Both the position numbers and the translations under genes were made by a program. 64,000 bases of DNA from Iphione sp. A-MEVVRFRX5 (Eukaryota), in assembly GCA_976226885.1 (NCBI GenBank), contig OZ320314.1, forward strand, positions 130,386,001-130,450,000. Direction: 5' to 3'. Of this stretch, positions 62,374 through 64,000 are shown one piece after another; the first letter of the stretch is position 1, and every line of letters starts with the position of its first letter. The notes beneath the pieces were generated by a model. It worked only from the letters and a program-made list of their open reading frames with translations. It had not been told where the DNA came from and ran no database searches.

Positions 62374-64000
62374 CCTGAGAGACATAACATACATTATATT
62401 ATATGAACAAGAAAATGGACAAAATAAGTTGTAACATAATCACAGACCCTGAAATTGGAAGATTCATCTGTGGTAACAATCCTAATATATTATTGAAAGG
62501 TTGTGAATATTTAATGGTTTGATGTTATCAATAGTTTATGTACGAACTGGTGACAGCCTCTAAATAGAAATAGTTTTACAAAGAACCAAGGACATTTCAG
62601 TTGGAAGGTTCTAATATATTATAGATTTTACTGTTGGGATTTTATTTTGTATAGTGAAGAAAAGTATTGGCTAAGTTTCCCGGATTGCAAAATACTGAAG
62701 TGTTTTATGAGACAGACCTGTTGCCAGTCAGGAAAAGTTTATGGTGTTTTCAAGAAATATCTGAAGGATTGAACTGGTAGAAACAATGTCAACATATGTA
62801 TAAGTGCTGAGAGACAGGACAGTATGCACCTGTTCTTTCCAACTCTCATGACATTAAACGATTTAGAAAAGACATATCATGTAGTTTTCATACTGGAATG
62901 TGACACTGTTGTAGCATCATTTCAATATTATTGTGACTGTCAATTATTGTGACTGTCAATCAAATCTATCATACAACTGCAGTGGAGACCTGTATAGCAG
63001 ACTCAATTTAGGACTGCCTAATTTTAGTCTGTCTCACAGTTTGGTCTGATCAGAAATACTCAAAATAGAGGCTAAATGAATCATTTGGTGTTAGAAATCT
63101 AGGTCTCTCTCCCCTAATTTACTGTCCTCTGTGATGTTGGCTCTAACTTGGTCTCAACTGTACATAGTTTTGTAACATTGTTAAAATAAAGATATTGTGA
63201 TTGTTGTTCAGATGTCGGGAAATGTGGACATGTGGATATGTGGTCATAGAATACATATGGATATTTGAACATGTGGACAAATGAATGTTCGGACATTGGT
63301 TCGGACATTTATTGTATATTATGAGTGTGAGAAAGTGAGTGGGATAATGTTACATGATTTGGACAATAGTTCAGTACGGTTATACTAGGTTGAGATAACA
63401 TTGTGTTACAGTTAAGATAACAGTTTATTTATAAGAAAACATTATGTTACTTTTTGTGATTGGTTAAAATAGAGAGATCCTTGTAAAGTGTACAGATATT
63501 AATCTATAAGTGCTGTCTGTGTGTAGACAATAGCTGGGCCATGCCAATAAGTGGTGCTACTAATAGTCTGGACAACGACAGTTTCTGGCAGAGCAGACAC
63601 TCATAAACTTGTAACACAATAGTGTTTGAACCACTTAAATCACAACAGGAAAGGGTCCCACATCTGCAGGCCGTCATGGTAAATTGAGAAAACGTTGTAT
63701 TTGTAAGATAACACTGTGGAAGAAAATGACATAAGTATAATGTTATTTTAATGGTTGTGTGCAGTTCATGTGCAGTGTATAGATATAAATACTATAAGTA
63801 AAAGCTGGTGTACTAAGTGCTATTAAGTGCGCAAACAAAATTTTTCGTCTGTAGTACACATTCTTGTAATCAGTTCTTGGCGGAAACCACTTTGTAGAAC
63901 AGTGTTAAGCCATTGTATTTCATATTGTATAGCATAAGGACAATGTAACTCTTATCAGTGAGACTGAAGGAGACCCTGGGTGCCTGGCGTTTGTGATGTC

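Larger units (their letters stand above)
59174..63163. repeat. Segmental duplication, copy 2
   Basis: Collinear with 42800-47360, with several indels. Confidence 0.9.

Overview
Eukaryotic (metazoan, probably invertebrate) genomic DNA from a draft assembly with seven N-gaps. It is repeat-rich and carries two minus-strand gene clusters; the supplied ORF track starts several ORFs at TTG or inside introns, so gene models were re-derived from splice signals by eye. (1) 2-14 kb: three tandemly duplicated alpha-arrestin (arrestin_N + arrestin_C) terminal exons, each behind a phase-1 splice acceptor and each with its own candidate AATAAA. Copies 1 and 2 have no start codon of their own, and copy 1 is frameshifted. 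The only phase-compatible ATG-bearing exon I could find is a single short exon at 13.8 kb (MGASLGCGGRQC) beside a CpG-rich promoter-like region. This suggests one constant first exon spliced to variable whole-domain last exons, which is the main novelty candidate. (2) 39-63 kb: a duplicated cluster of EamA/DMT (SLC35G-like) transporter genes (three intact, one truncated, plus an orphan 5' module), interrupted by a decayed Gypsy integrase and a CR1/L2-group LINE with two intact ORFs. The remainder is micro- and minisatellites, many MITEs and probable solo LTRs. No rRNA, tRNA or CRISPR features were seen.
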